From an uncultured Gemmatimonadales bacterium (GTDB lineage Bacteria; Gemmatimonadota; Gemmatimonadetes; Longimicrobiales; Gaopeijiaceae), in NCBI GenBank assembly GCA_963823035.1, contig CAWGKG010000012.1, forward strand, positions 160,001 through 224,000: a stretch of DNA of 64,000 nt. Reading direction: 5' to 3'. The position numbers were made by a program, and so were the translations under genes. The notes beneath the pieces are model-generated. The model was not told where the DNA came from and did no database searches. It saw only the letters and a program-made list of their open reading frames with translations. Shown piece after piece: positions 37,881 to 48,394 of the stretch. How positions within the stretch are numbered: position 1 is the first letter of the stretch; each line of letters starts with the position of its first letter.

Positions 37881-39031
37881 AGCTCTGGATCGGGCTGGCC
37901 GTGGCCGGCCTCGCCCTGGTGAGCGCCGTGTTCCTGCCACCGGCGAGTTCTCCCGTGAGGCAGCTCCCGCAGCGGCTCCCCCAGGAGGTGCGCGTCACAT
38001 CGCTGGCCGAGGACGCCGCGCGCACTTCGGCGCTCATCCGGCGGATGCGTTGGATGGACTCCCTCCCGGCCCTTGCCCTTGCCGCCGCTCGCGACGGCCT
38101 CGCGGTCGGCGGCGATCCGCGCCTCGTCACCCCGGAGCAGCTCGACACGATCCGCACCCTGCTCCGCGACGAGCTGTCCACGGTCCTTCGCACCGGCGAC
38201 CCCGTCGTGGTGGGGTACTACGTCCAGGCTCCAAACTTCGCGGGCGAGGTGAACGACCACTACGAGGACTTCCGCACTCGCCTCGAGCTGTTCGCCGGCC
38301 GCGTCGACGGCACGCCGTACTGCCTCCTTCTGGACATGCGCGGAGTGCCCCTGAAGGGCGCGACCCTCGACGCCTGGCGGGATGCCGAGGGCACCCGCCA
38401 CAGCGACCTCCTCCACGCGTGCCGACTGGTTGCCGCCTACGGGCTTCCCGGCCCGGAGGTGCGCGCGTGGCTCGCCCGTGGCGGATTCCGGTACGCGGAG
38501 CGCAGCGCGGCGGCCCAGGAGCCGCGGGAAGCGGCGCCGCCATACCAGGATGTCTTCGGGCGTCGGAGCTTCGGGTGGCGTTGGGGGAGCCTGACCCCGG
38601 ACCGTTGCGTGGCCGGCCAACCCGATGCGTGTGTCGACCTCTTCCTGGAGAGGACGGACGCCGCAATCGATCCGTTCGACGGCACCTCCGTCGCGCAGGA
38701 CTTCCCGTTGTCGCTGGGCTCTGCGTTGGCTCCGCCCCGCGCCCCTGCGCTCACCGACGCCGCCCGCTACCTCCTCTCCGACCTGGAGAGGGAACATGGT
38801 CCGGACGCCTTCCGCCGCTTCTGGACGTCCGACCAGGACGTGCCGGCCGCCTTCGCGAAGGCGTTCGGAGAGCCCGTCGGCGCATGGACGGTGCGTTGGG
38901 TCGCGATCCACGTGGGGCTGCAGCGCGGTGGCCCCTCGCTCCCGCGTCGAGGGTGGCTCGGCATGGTGCTCCTGCTCCTCGCGGCCGCGTTCGCCGGAGG
39001 GGTGTGGCAGCGCCGTCGCGCCGTGGCGTGA
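37865..39031 (+). CDS. Hypothetical membrane-anchored protein with Cys motif
   Basis: ATG 37865, N- and C-terminal hydrophobic helices, CVAGQPDACV and HGPDAFRRFW. Confidence 0.7.
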   Translation: MAPTLKLWIGLAVAGLALVSAVFLPPASSPVRQLPQRLPQEVRVTSLAEDAARTSALIRRMRWMDSLPALALAAARDGLAVGGDPRLVTPEQLDTIRTLLRDELSTVLRTGDPVVVGYYVQAPNFAGEVNDHYEDFRTRLELFAGRVDGTPYCLLLDMRGVPLKGATLDAWRDAEGTRHSDLLHACRLVAAYGLPGPEVRAWLARGGFRYAERSAAAQEPREAAPPYQDVFGRRSFGWRWGSLTPDRCVAGQPDACVDLFLERTDAAIDPFDGTSVAQDFPLSLGSALAPPRAPALTDAARYLLSDLEREHGPDAFRRFWTSDQDVPAAFAKAFGEPVGAWTVRWVAIHVGLQRGGPSLPRRGWLGMVLLLLAAAFAGGVWQRRRAVA

Positions 39032-39166
39032 GCGGGCTCGACAGGGGCGACGCGAGCGACTTGCGGCCGGCGAGTTGAGAGGGATCGTCCGGTCGCGGGC
39101 CCCGGTGCGCCACGCGCACCGGGGCCACTTCACCGCCGAAACCGTACCGCGCCCGCGTCGCGCTAG

Positions 39167-40804
39167 CTAGCGCGGTCCCGCAGCCTTCACCTCGTCGGGC
39201 ACCTGGTCCGCGAACTTCGCGAAGTTCTCCTTGAACATCGCCGCCAGCTTCGCGGCCTGCGCATCGTACGCGCTGCCGTCCTTCCACGTGCTGCGCGGCT
39301 GCAGCACCGTGGACGGAACGTCCGGCACCGACCCGGGCACGTTGAGCCCGAACACCGCATCCGCCTTGGTCGCCACGTCGTCCAGCTCACCCGCCAGCGC
39401 GGCCTTGATCATCGCCCGCGTGTGACGGAGCGACATGCGGGTCCCGGTGCCGTACGGCCCGCCGGTCCAGCCGGTGTTCACGAGCCACGCGCGTACGTTG
39501 CCGGCCCGCAGCTTCTCACCGAGCATCTCGGCGTACACGCCGGGGTGCCGGGGAAGGAAGGGTGCGCCGAAGCAGGAGCTGAACGTCGCCTTCGGCTCCG
39601 TCACGCCCCGTTCCGTGCCCGCCAACTTCGCCGTGTACCCCGAGAGGAACTGGTACATCGCCTGCTCGGGGGTGAGGCGAGAGATCGGAGGAAGCACGCC
39701 GAAGGCATCGGCGGTCAGGAAGACCACGTTCTTCGGCAGCCCACCCTGTCCGCCGGACACGGCGTTCGGGATGTAGTGGATCGGATAGGAAGCCCGCGTG
39801 TTCTCGGTGATCGAGCCGTCGTCGAAGTCGATCTCCCGCGTCTCTTCGTCGAGCACGCAGTTCTCGAGGATCGTCCCGAACATCTGGGTGGCGCGGTAGA
39901 TCTCGGGCTCGCCTTCGGGGGACAGGTGGATGGTCTTCGCGTAGCACCCTCCCTCGAAGTTGAACACGCCGTGGTCGCTCCACCCGTGCTCGTCGTCGCC
40001 GATGAGCCCGCGCTCGGGATCGGCCGACAGGGTGGTCTTTCCCGTGCCGGACAATCCGAAGAAGACGGCGACGTCCCCGTCCGCGCCGATGTTGGCCGAG
40101 CAGTGCATCGGAAAGACGCCCTGCTCCGGGAGGATGTGGTTGAGCACCGAGAAGATCGACTTCTTGACCTCGCCGGCGTAGCGCGTGCCACCGATGAGCA
40201 CCTCGTTGGCGGCGAAGTTCACCACGATGAAGGCGGGGGAGTTCGTTCCATGCTTCGCGGGATCCGCCTTGAAGTGCGGCGCATGCAGCACGGTGAAGTC
40301 CGGCTTCATGCCCGCGAGCTCCTCGGCCGTGGGCCGCAGGAACATGTTGTAGGCGAAGAGCGAGTGCCACGGGCTCGAGGTCACCAACCGTACGCTGATG
40401 CCGTAGCGCTCGTCGGCGCCCGCCCGTGCGTCCCGGACGTACAGCTCCTGGGCGTCGAGGTAGGCGATCACGTCGGCGCGCAGCGTGGCGTAGTGGTCGG
40501 GCGAGATGGGGAGGTTGACCTTCCCCCAGTCCACCGTGCCCTCGGTCGCGTCGTCACGTACGATGAAGCGGTCGTTCGGCGATCGTCCGGTGTGCGGCGC
40601 GGTGGAGGTCGAAAGGGCGCCCATGTGTGCCATGCGGCCGTCGCCGCATGCGAAGGCCGCCTCGTAGAGTCGTGCGGGCGAGAGGTTCCAGTGAACGGCC
40701 TTGCTGGGATTCAGGCCGTGATGGTCGAGGCCGTAGCTTCCTTCGGTCGACGAGGCCGCGACGCGACGCTCGGGAACAAGGGTTTCCTGCATTTGGGTGG
40801 CCAT
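39167..40804 (-). CDS. pckA: Phosphoenolpyruvate carboxykinase (ATP)
   Basis: TGRSP, YAGEVKKSIF, MHCSAN, FFGLSGTGKTTLS, LIGDDEHGW, FEGGCYAK and ENTRA. Confidence 0.97.
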   Translation of the reverse strand: MATQMQETLVPERRVAASSTEGSYGLDHHGLNPSKAVHWNLSPARLYEAAFACGDGRMAHMGALSTSTAPHTGRSPNDRFIVRDDATEGTVDWGKVNLPISPDHYATLRADVIAYLDAQELYVRDARAGADERYGISVRLVTSSPWHSLFAYNMFLRPTAEELAGMKPDFTVLHAPHFKADPAKHGTNSPAFIVVNFAANEVLIGGTRYAGEVKKSIFSVLNHILPEQGVFPMHCSANIGADGDVAVFFGLSGTGKTTLSADPERGLIGDDEHGWSDHGVFNFEGGCYAKTIHLSPEGEPEIYRATQMFGTILENCVLDEETREIDFDDGSITENTRASYPIHYIPNAVSGGQGGLPKNVVFLTADAFGVLPPISRLTPEQAMYQFLSGYTAKLAGTERGVTEPKATFSSCFGAPFLPRHPGVYAEMLGEKLRAGNVRAWLVNTGWTGGPYGTGTRMSLRHTRAMIKAALAGELDDVATKADAVFGLNVPGSVPDVPSTVLQPRSTWKDGSAYDAQAAKLAAMFKENFAKFADQVPDEVKAAGPR

Positions 40805-40838
40805 GCGTGAAAGTCTCCGGATGGGTCTCGGCGTAGCC

Positions 40839-43107
40839 CTAAATCTGTTTGGTTCGCGCCTGCCAGTCCACCGAGGCCACCGTCGCGAGGTTCAACACGT
40901 CCTGCACCGAACAACCCCTCTGGAGCACGTGCACGGGCTTGGCCATTCCGAGCAGGACCGGGCCGATGGTGTCGGCGCCGCCGAGCTTGTCGAGGAGCTT
41001 GTAGGCGGCGTTGGCCGCCGACAGGCGGGAGAAGATCAGGACGTTGGCCGGCCCCTCGAGATGGCTGAAGGGATAGATCCCCGTGAGCTTGTGCAGCTCG
41101 ACGGCCGTGTCCGCCTGCACCTCACCGTCGATCTCCAGCTCGGGATCCGCCTTCTGAACCAGGCGTACGGCCTCGGCTACGTTCCGTGATTCGGGGTGGT
41201 CCACCGACCCGAAGTTCGAGAAGCTCACCATCGCGATGCGGGGACGGATCCCCAGGTCCCGAACCCAAGCCGCCGTCTGGAGCGCGATGTCCGCGAGGGC
41301 CTGGGCGTCCGGCTCGATGTTCACCGTGGTGTCGGCGAGGAACATCAGCTCCCGGTTCGGGAAGGCCACCATGTACATTCCGGCCACGCGGCGGCCGCCC
41401 TCGGCGGGTCCGATCACCTGCAGGATCGGGCGCAGGATCTCGGCGTAGTTCGCCTCGATGCCCGCGACCATCGCGTCGGCCTCGCCCGCCTCCACCATCG
41501 ACGACGCGAAGAAGATCGGCCGGTACATGTTCCAACGCGCTTCGGCGAGCGTCAGCCCCTTGCGTCCCCGGCGGGCGAAAAGCGTATCCGCGAAGCCGTG
41601 CCGCCTCGACTCGAGGTCCGCGGCGTACACGATCTCGACGCCGTCGAGTTTCACGCCCATGAGCCGGGCCTTCTCCTCGACCCGCGGCGGACGCCCGATG
41701 AGGATGGGGCGGGCGACGCCCTCCTCCACCATCTGCGAGGCGGCGCGGATGATCGCGTCGTTGTGTCCCTCCGGGAAGACGATGCGCGCAGGGTGCCGCC
41801 GAGCGCGGTTCGTCATCCAGCGCATGACTTCGCGGCCCGGCCCGAGGCTGGCGCGCAGACGATCGACGTACTCGTCGAGGTTCAGCTCCACACGCGCCAG
41901 GCCGGTCTCCATCGCCGCCCGAGCGACCGCGGGTGCGACGTGGAAGAGGACGCGGTGGTCGAAGGGCTTCGGGATCAGGTACTCGCGCCCGAACCTGATG
42001 TCCGAGCCTTCGTAGGCGCCGCGCACCGTGTCCGGCACCTCCTCGCGAGCCAGCGAAGCGAGCGCGTTCGTGGCCGCGAGCATCATCTCGTGGTTCACCC
42101 CCCGGGCGCGCACGTCGAGCGCGCCGCGGAAGATGAAGGGGAAGCCGAGGACGTTGTTGACCTGGTTCGGATAGTCCGAGCGACCCGTCGCCATGATGGC
42201 GTCGTCGCGTACCTCCGCGACCTCCTCCGGGAGGATCTCGGGGTCCGGGTTCGCCAACGCGAAGATGATCGGGTTGTCGGCCATGGACGCCACCATCTCC
42301 TTGGTGACGACACCCTTCATGGAGAGGCCGACGAACGCGTCCGCGCCCTTCATCGCGTCCGCGAGCGTGCGAGCGTCCGTCTTCACCGCATGGTTCGCCT
42401 TGTACTCGTTCATGCCCTCGGTGCGGCCCTCGTAGATCACGCCCTTGGAGTCGGCGATGAGGATGTGCTCGCGGGGCACGCCCAGCCGCTGGAAGTGATC
42501 CGCCGTGGACAGCGCGGAGGCTCCCGCGCCGCTGAACACGACCTTCACCTCCTCCATCTTCTTGCCGAGCAGGTCCACCGCGTTGAGCAGCGCGGCGCGC
42601 CGCGATGATCGCGGTGCCGTGCTGGTCGTCGTGGAAGACCGGGATATCCATCGTCTCCTTCAGCGTGCGCTCGATGACGAAGCACGCGGGGGCGCTGATG
42701 TCCTCCAGGTTGATGCCACCGACCGTCGGCTCGAGGAGCTGGCAGAAGCGGATCACCTCGTCCGGATCCTCGGAGGCGACCTCGATGTCGAAGACGTCGA
42801 TGCCCGCGAAGCGCTTGAAGAGCACGCCCTTGCCCTCCATCACGGGCTTGGCCGCGAGCGGGCCGATGTTGCCGAGGCCCAGAACGGCCGTGCCGTTCGA
42901 CACCACGGCGACCAGATTGCCGCGGACGGTGTACTTGAAGACGTCCTCGGGGTTGGCGTGGATCTCGCGACACGGCTCGGCCACGCCGGGGGAGTACGCG
43001 AGGGAGAGATCGCGAGCGGTCGCGACCGGCTTGGTGGCGACGACTTCAATCTTTCCAGGACGGCCCTGCATGTGGTAATCGAGGGCGTCCTTGCGGCGAT
43101 TCGCCAT
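40839..43107 (-). CDS. maeB: NADP-dependent malic enzyme with PTA-like domain, 1-nt frameshift near 42599
   Basis: [33 protein letters not shown], then the frame changes to AALLNA, GAGA, ALANP and [12 protein letters not shown], followed by the PTA domain. Confidence 0.92.
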
Positions 43108-43142
43108 GGTTTCGGGGCTCCGAGGATGAGTGGGGAAGTTGG

Positions 43143-43171
43143 ACGTTGGCGGCGGCGGGAGGTCATGTCAA
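43143..43171 (-). promoter_or_regulatory. Possible promoter TTGACA-N17-CAACGT for maeB-pckA
   Basis: Perfect -35, 17-nt spacer, weak -10, about 35 nt upstream of the maeB ATG. Confidence 0.4.
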
Positions 43172-43292
43172 ACCTCGCTCTCCGTCGTAGATTAGCCGTC
43201 CCGCCGAACGCAGACCGGAAGCCGCGGAGGAAGCCATCCGACCCTGCCTGATCCCGACGCGCATCCGACCCCTCGCGGTCTGCCTCCTGACG

Positions 43293-45077
43293 TTGGCGGC
43301 GGGCGCGGTCCCGGGGGGCGCGGCGGCGCAGATCGGCAGGTCCGACACCGCTTCCAGCGCGTGTCCCGACGGTCGGATCACGAACATCTTCGTGGACAAC
43401 CACTCCATCTACGACGTCGAGCAGGTCGACGACGGCGGCCTGCTGGGGTGGGTGTACGGTGCGGCCAACTCGCTGCACGTCAAGACGCGCGCCAACTTCA
43501 TCCGCCGAGAGCTCCTCTTCCGGGTCGGCGACTGCTTCGACCCGCTGCTCCTCGAGGAGTCGGGTCGACTGCTGCGTGGCTACGCCTTCCTGGCTCGCGC
43601 GGACGTGTTCGCCGTGGACCTGCCGGACGGCAACAAGCACGTAGTGGTGGACACGCAGGACGAATGGACCACCCGCGTCGACCTGGGCGTCTCGTTCGAG
43701 GACCGCATCCGGGTCGAGGCGCTCGAGCTCTCGGAGGAGAACCTCGCCGGGCAGGGCATCCACGCCTCGGTGTTCTTCCGCCAGCGCAAGGAGCGAAAGG
43801 ACCTTGGAGGGACGCTCCGCCTCCCGCGCCTTCTGCATACGCGCACGGACGTGGTGGTCAGCGGTGGGCGCACGCGCTCGGGGACCTTCCTCACCGAGCA
43901 GGTGGCGTACCCCTTCGTGGGCGAGGTCGGCCGCGTCGCGGTCCGCCAGGTGTACAGCCGTAGCGACGAGCTCTTCCCGTACGTGGTGGACGACCCGTCC
44001 GTGCCCTACAGCCACGTGCTCCTTCCCGACCTGGACGAGCGCGTGGAGGTGTCCGTCGCGGGCCGGCTCGGTCGGCCGGGCAACCTCACGCTGCTGGGTC
44101 TCGGGCTGTCGAGAGAGACGCTCGACTTCGAGGGCTTTCCGGGGAGCCTCGAGGTCGCACGGGCGAACGACTTCGGAGACACGTCTCCCGCGCCCCCCGA
44201 CGTGCTCCCCGGCATCCTCCCGCAGGCGCATCCGTCCTCCACGACGCGCGTGAACTTCTTCATCGGCCAGCGCAACGTGCGGTTCGTACGGGTGCGCGGG
44301 CTCGATCCGCTGTCCGGAATCCAGGACGTCCAGCTGGGGACCGACGTGGGGCTGACCGTGGGTCGCAGCCTCGACGTGCTGTCGGCTTCCGGCCTCGAGG
44401 GCCCCGCCGACCTGTACACGCGCTTCCGTTTCTTCGCGGGCCACGATCCCGGCACGTCGTACCTCTTCCTCAACGTCGCCGCCGAGGGGCGGGACGTGCA
44501 GTCGGGCGGGGGAGTGCCGGAGGGATGGCGCGACCTCCTCGGTGAAGTCGACTTCTACGGCTACCTCCGGTCGCGGAAGGCACCGTCGCATACCTTCTTC
44601 GCTCGCGTCTCCGGAGCGGGCGGGTGGTCGATGGTCACGCCCTTCCAGCTCACCCTCGGAGGGCGACGCTCGCTGCGCGGGCTCAGGGAAGAGCGCCTCC
44701 CCGGTGGCCGCAGGCTCCTCTTCACGCTCGAGGACCGCTACTTCCTGCGCTGGCCCGCACCCTCGGCCTTCGACTTCGGCTTCACGCTCTTCGCCGACGC
44801 GGGACGCGTCTGGGCGGGCGAGGTCCCCTACGGCGTGGACTCGGGTTGGAAGGGCACCGTGGGCGGCGGGATCCGGCTGGGCTTTCCGTCCGGTACGCGG
44901 GGGTTGGCGCGTCTCGATCTCGCCTTCCCGATCGGAGCGGGCCGGGCCGGGGGGCCGGTCTTCAGGGTCACGCTCTACGAGCTGCTCGGGCTCACCACCG
45001 GGTTCTCGGATCCCCAGCTCGCGCGCTCCCGACGGCTCGCGGTGGGCCCCGACTTCTTCACCACGGACCGACGCTGA
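43293..45077 (+). CDS. BamA/TamA (Omp85)-like outer-membrane protein with POTRA domain
   Basis: TRANFIRRELLF...LEESGRLLR POTRA, ENLAGQG, LGG...LRG, FADAG and GGGIR barrel motifs. Start uncertain. Confidence 0.8.
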   Translation: MAAGAVPGGAAAQIGRSDTASSACPDGRITNIFVDNHSIYDVEQVDDGGLLGWVYGAANSLHVKTRANFIRRELLFRVGDCFDPLLLEESGRLLRGYAFLARADVFAVDLPDGNKHVVVDTQDEWTTRVDLGVSFEDRIRVEALELSEENLAGQGIHASVFFRQRKERKDLGGTLRLPRLLHTRTDVVVSGGRTRSGTFLTEQVAYPFVGEVGRVAVRQVYSRSDELFPYVVDDPSVPYSHVLLPDLDERVEVSVAGRLGRPGNLTLLGLGLSRETLDFEGFPGSLEVARANDFGDTSPAPPDVLPGILPQAHPSSTTRVNFFIGQRNVRFVRVRGLDPLSGIQDVQLGTDVGLTVGRSLDVLSASGLEGPADLYTRFRFFAGHDPGTSYLFLNVAAEGRDVQSGGGVPEGWRDLLGEVDFYGYLRSRKAPSHTFFARVSGAGGWSMVTPFQLTLGGRRSLRGLREERLPGGRRLLFTLEDRYFLRWPAPSAFDFGFTLFADAGRVWAGEVPYGVDSGWKGTVGGGIRLGFPSGTRGLARLDLAFPIGAGRAGGPVFRVTLYELLGLTTGFSDPQLARSRRLAVGPDFFTTDRR

Positions 45078-45956
45078 TGACGCCCGACGGCGGACGCGCT
45101 CGTTCGCTCGAGGTCCGCCGGGTACTCCGCCTCGTGCTGTGGCTGAACGTCGCCGTCGTCCTCGTGAAGCTCGGCGTATGGGCCACGTCGCACGCCATGT
45201 CGGTGATGGCCGAGTCCTTGCACTCGTCGCTGGACGCGGCGAACAACATCTTCGCGCTGGCGCTGGCCCGCGTGGCCTCCCGGGGGCCCGACGAGGAGCA
45301 TCCCTACGGTCATCGGAAGTTCGAGACGCTCGGCGCGCTCGCCCTGGTGGGCGCGCTGTCGATCACCGTCTTCGAGCTCATCCAGCACTCGATCCTGGGG
45401 ATGATGGCGGGCACCGTCCGCTCGACCCATGTCGGCGCCGGGTCACTCGCTTTCATGGGTCTGTCCCTGGTGGGCGGGGTCGCGATCGCCCGCTACGAGG
45501 CCCGCGTGGGGAAGCGACTGGGGAGCGACCTCCTCCTGGCCGACTCCGCCCACACGCGCGCGGACGTCTTCACGACACTCGGCGTGATCGTGGGGCTGAT
45601 CGCCATCCGCGTCGGCTACCCCCTCGCCGACCCGATCGCGACGATCCTGGTGGCTCTGATCATCGCGCTACACCGGGTGGCAGATCGTGCGCGAGACCGT
45701 GCCCGTGCTGGTGGACCACCGCGCGGTCGAGCCCGGCCGTATCGAGCAGCTGGCGATGGAGATCGATGGCGTGCGCGCCGCCTACCAGATCCGCTCGCGC
45801 GGCCGGCCCGGAGATCGCTTCGCCGAGCTCACCATCGCCGTCGATGCGGTGCTCGACGTCGCGGCCGCGCACGCCATCGCGGACAAGACGGAGCGGCACG
45901 TAGCCGGCGCGCTGCGAGCGAGGGAGGTCGTCGTGCACGTGGAGCCGAGCGAGTGA
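45077..45956 (+). CDS. Cation diffusion facilitator (FieF-like), 1-nt frameshift near 45668
   Basis: AESLHSSLD, PDEEHPYGHRKFE and ADSAHTRAD. After the shift YTGWQIVRE...AHAIAD...VHVEP. Confidence 0.88.
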
Positions 45957-46630
45957 GGGCACGCTCCCACGAGCCCGAGATCCTCGACGGCCCGCGCCAC
46001 GACATGGACGAGCTGGCGCGGTCGCTCGAGCAAGTGGCGCAGGTGAACCGCTGGCTGGGCGGCACGAAGGCGCTGCGCAGACACCTCGATCCGTCGGTCC
46101 GCCGCGGACAGGCCCTTCGCGTGCTCGACGTCGGGACCGGCAACGGCGACACGCTCGAGGCGCTGGGGGCGTGGGCCCGCGGCCGCGGCGCGCGGTGGCG
46201 AGGCGTGGGCGTCGAGCTCAGCGCCCAGTCCGCCCGCATCGCGCGCGGTCGCGTGGACGCGGTGGTGCGGGGAGACGCCCTCAGGCTCCCCTTCGCGAAC
46301 GGCTCCTTCGACGTCGCCCTGTGCACCCTGACGCTGCACCACTTCACGGACACCGACGCGGCCGCGTTGGTCCGGGAGATGGCCCGCGTGTCACGGGACC
46401 TCGTGCTCGTCAACGACCTCGAACGCTCGACGGCGAACTACTGGGGCGCGCGCGCCCTGGCCGCCACGCTCTGGCGGGGGAACCGGATCACGCGCAACGA
46501 CGGTCCCCTCTCGGTACTGCGCTCCTTCACGCCCGTGGAGCTTCTGGAGGTCGGGAAGCAGGCCGGGCTGCGCGGGGCGCACGTGCGCCGGCACTTTCCC
46601 TGGCGGATCGTGCTGGAGGGGAAGGCGTGA
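45953..46630 (+). CDS. Class I SAM-dependent methyltransferase
   Basis: EILD...VNRWLGG, VLDVGTGNGD, GDALRLPF, LTLHHF, NDLER and DGPLSVLRSF. GTGA overlap. Confidence 0.9.
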   Translation: MRARSHEPEILDGPRHDMDELARSLEQVAQVNRWLGGTKALRRHLDPSVRRGQALRVLDVGTGNGDTLEALGAWARGRGARWRGVGVELSAQSARIARGRVDAVVRGDALRLPFANGSFDVALCTLTLHHFTDTDAAALVREMARVSRDLVLVNDLERSTANYWGARALAATLWRGNRITRNDGPLSVLRSFTPVELLEVGKQAGLRGAHVRRHFPWRIVLEGKA

Positions 46631-47803
46631 GCGGCCCGGAGGCGGACGTCGTCGTGGTGGGCGGCGGCCCGGCCGGGAGCACGGCGGCCACCCTCCTGGC
46701 CCGACGGGGCCGCCGCGTGCTTCTGCTCGACCGTGCGTGCTTTCCTCGTCCGAAGCCGTGCGGCGAGTGCCTCAACCCCGGTGCGCTCGCGGCGCTCGCC
46801 CGCGTCGGCCTGCTGGACCCTGTCCTCGCGCTCGACCCCGTCCGGCTCGAGGGATGGACGATCCGCTCCAGGGCATCGCACGTCTCGGCGGCATTCGGTG
46901 AAGGCCTGCAGGGCCTCGGCGTCGCACGCACCCGCCTCGACGCCGCCCTCCTCGACGTGGCGCGCGCCGCGGGTGTGGACGTGCGGGAGGGGACGCGGGT
47001 GACGGGGGTGCGTGCTGCCGAGGGAGCCGACCCTCGCCCCTCCGTGGAGGTGGGGGTCGACCAGGACGGATCCGCCCGCACGCTCCGGCCGCGGGTGGTG
47101 GTGGGCGCGGACGGGCTGCGGTCCGTCGTGGTGCGGAGCCTGGGCCTCCTCGCGCGGCGTCCCCGGCTGCGGAAGGTGTCTCTCACCACCCACGTGCGCG
47201 GCGAGGCCCTCCCCGAGGCGTGCGGCCTGCTCGACGTGCGCGACGGGGTCACGCTGGGCGTCGCGCCGGTGGGCCCGGGAAGGTGGAACGCGACCGTGGT
47301 GACCGCCGCGCCGGTGGAGGACGGCAGCCTCTCCGCCGATCCGCTCGACTTCGTGGGGGAGTTGTTGCGCCGGCGCCTGCCGGAGGGCCGCTGGGAGCCC
47401 GACGACGACGTGCACGCCTCCGGCCCCTTCGACTGGCCGGTGCGGCGCTGCGTGGGCGCCGGGCGTGGTGCTCGTGGGCGACGCCGCGGGCTATTTCGAT
47501 CCCTTCACCGGACAGGGCGTGTACCGGGCCGTGCGCACGGCGGAGCTGGCCGCGGCCGCGGTGGACCGGGCGCTGTCGTTCGCCTCGTGGACGCCGCTGC
47601 GGGCCTACCATCGCCGTTGGACGGGCGAAGTACGGTGGGGAAAGAGGGTCCAGCGAGGCGTGGAGGCGGTCATGGCGAGGCCCGGAGTCCGCGACATCGT
47701 CCTGCGCCGCCTGCGCGCTTCCGGTGGCCTGTCCGCCGTGATCCGCGTCACGGGTGATGCCGCCGCTCCCACGACGCTGCTGCGCCCGTCCGTGTGGATC
47801 TAG
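46627..47803 (+). CDS. FAD-dependent oxidoreductase (geranylgeranyl-reductase-like), 1-nt frameshift near 47455
   Basis: VVGGGPAG, FPRPKPCGE and VGADGLRS. After the shift LVGDAAGYFDPFTGQG. Confidence 0.88.
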
Positions 47804-47917
47804 CGTGCCGTAGCCGAAGTCCGTTGAAGGACACCGGGGATTCTTGCCGACCCGACGCCGCGCGCCTACCGTCTCTCCACCTGCGACCCCACCGCACCCG
47901 CACGCCCGGGACGACTC

Positions 47918-48394
47918 TTGGTCACGATCGACGAGCACCGCTGCGCCGCTCCGGCGGACGTCGCGTTCCAGGTCGCCGCCGACGTCGAAGGGTGGCCCGG
48001 AATCCTCTCGCACTACCGGTGGGTCCGTTTCCTGCGCAGGGACGGTTTCGCCCGCGGCCTCGTGGAGATGGCCGCGTGGCGCGACTTCGGGCCCGTGCGC
48101 TACCCGACGTGGTGGATCTCCGAGATGGAGCACGACGGCACGGCACGGGTAGTCCGGTATCGGCACGTGAACGGCATCACCCGCGGGATGGACGTGGTCT
48201 GGGAGGTCTCGGAGCTCGAGGACCAGGCCAGCCACCTGCGCATCGTCCACGAGTGGGACGGGCCTTCCTGGCCCCTCGTGCGGGAGTTCGCGGCCGACCG
48301 GGTCATCGGGCCCGGATTCATCAGCCACATCGCCGGCCGCACCCTCGCGGGGGTGGCGGCCGAGGCGGAACGGAGGCATCGGCTTGGCGGTTGA
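47918..48394 (+). CDS. SRPBCC/START-fold polyketide cyclase/aromatase-like protein
   Basis: FQVAADVEGWPGILSHY, YRHVNGITRGMDVVW and C-terminal helix IAGRTL. Confidence 0.8.
   Translation: MVTIDEHRCAAPADVAFQVAADVEGWPGILSHYRWVRFLRRDGFARGLVEMAAWRDFGPVRYPTWWISEMEHDGTARVVRYRHVNGITRGMDVVWEVSELEDQASHLRIVHEWDGPSWPLVREFAADRVIGPGFISHIAGRTLAGVAAEAERRHRLGG

Noticed and set aside
39167..43107. maeB-pckA adjacency as a novel pathway
   Set aside because: Ordinary gluconeogenic/anaplerotic pairing.
40839..47803. maeB, CDF and flavoprotein as pseudogenes or programmed frameshifts
   Set aside because: Each has a single indel, all motifs intact and no slippery heptamer. Assembly error is more parsimonious.
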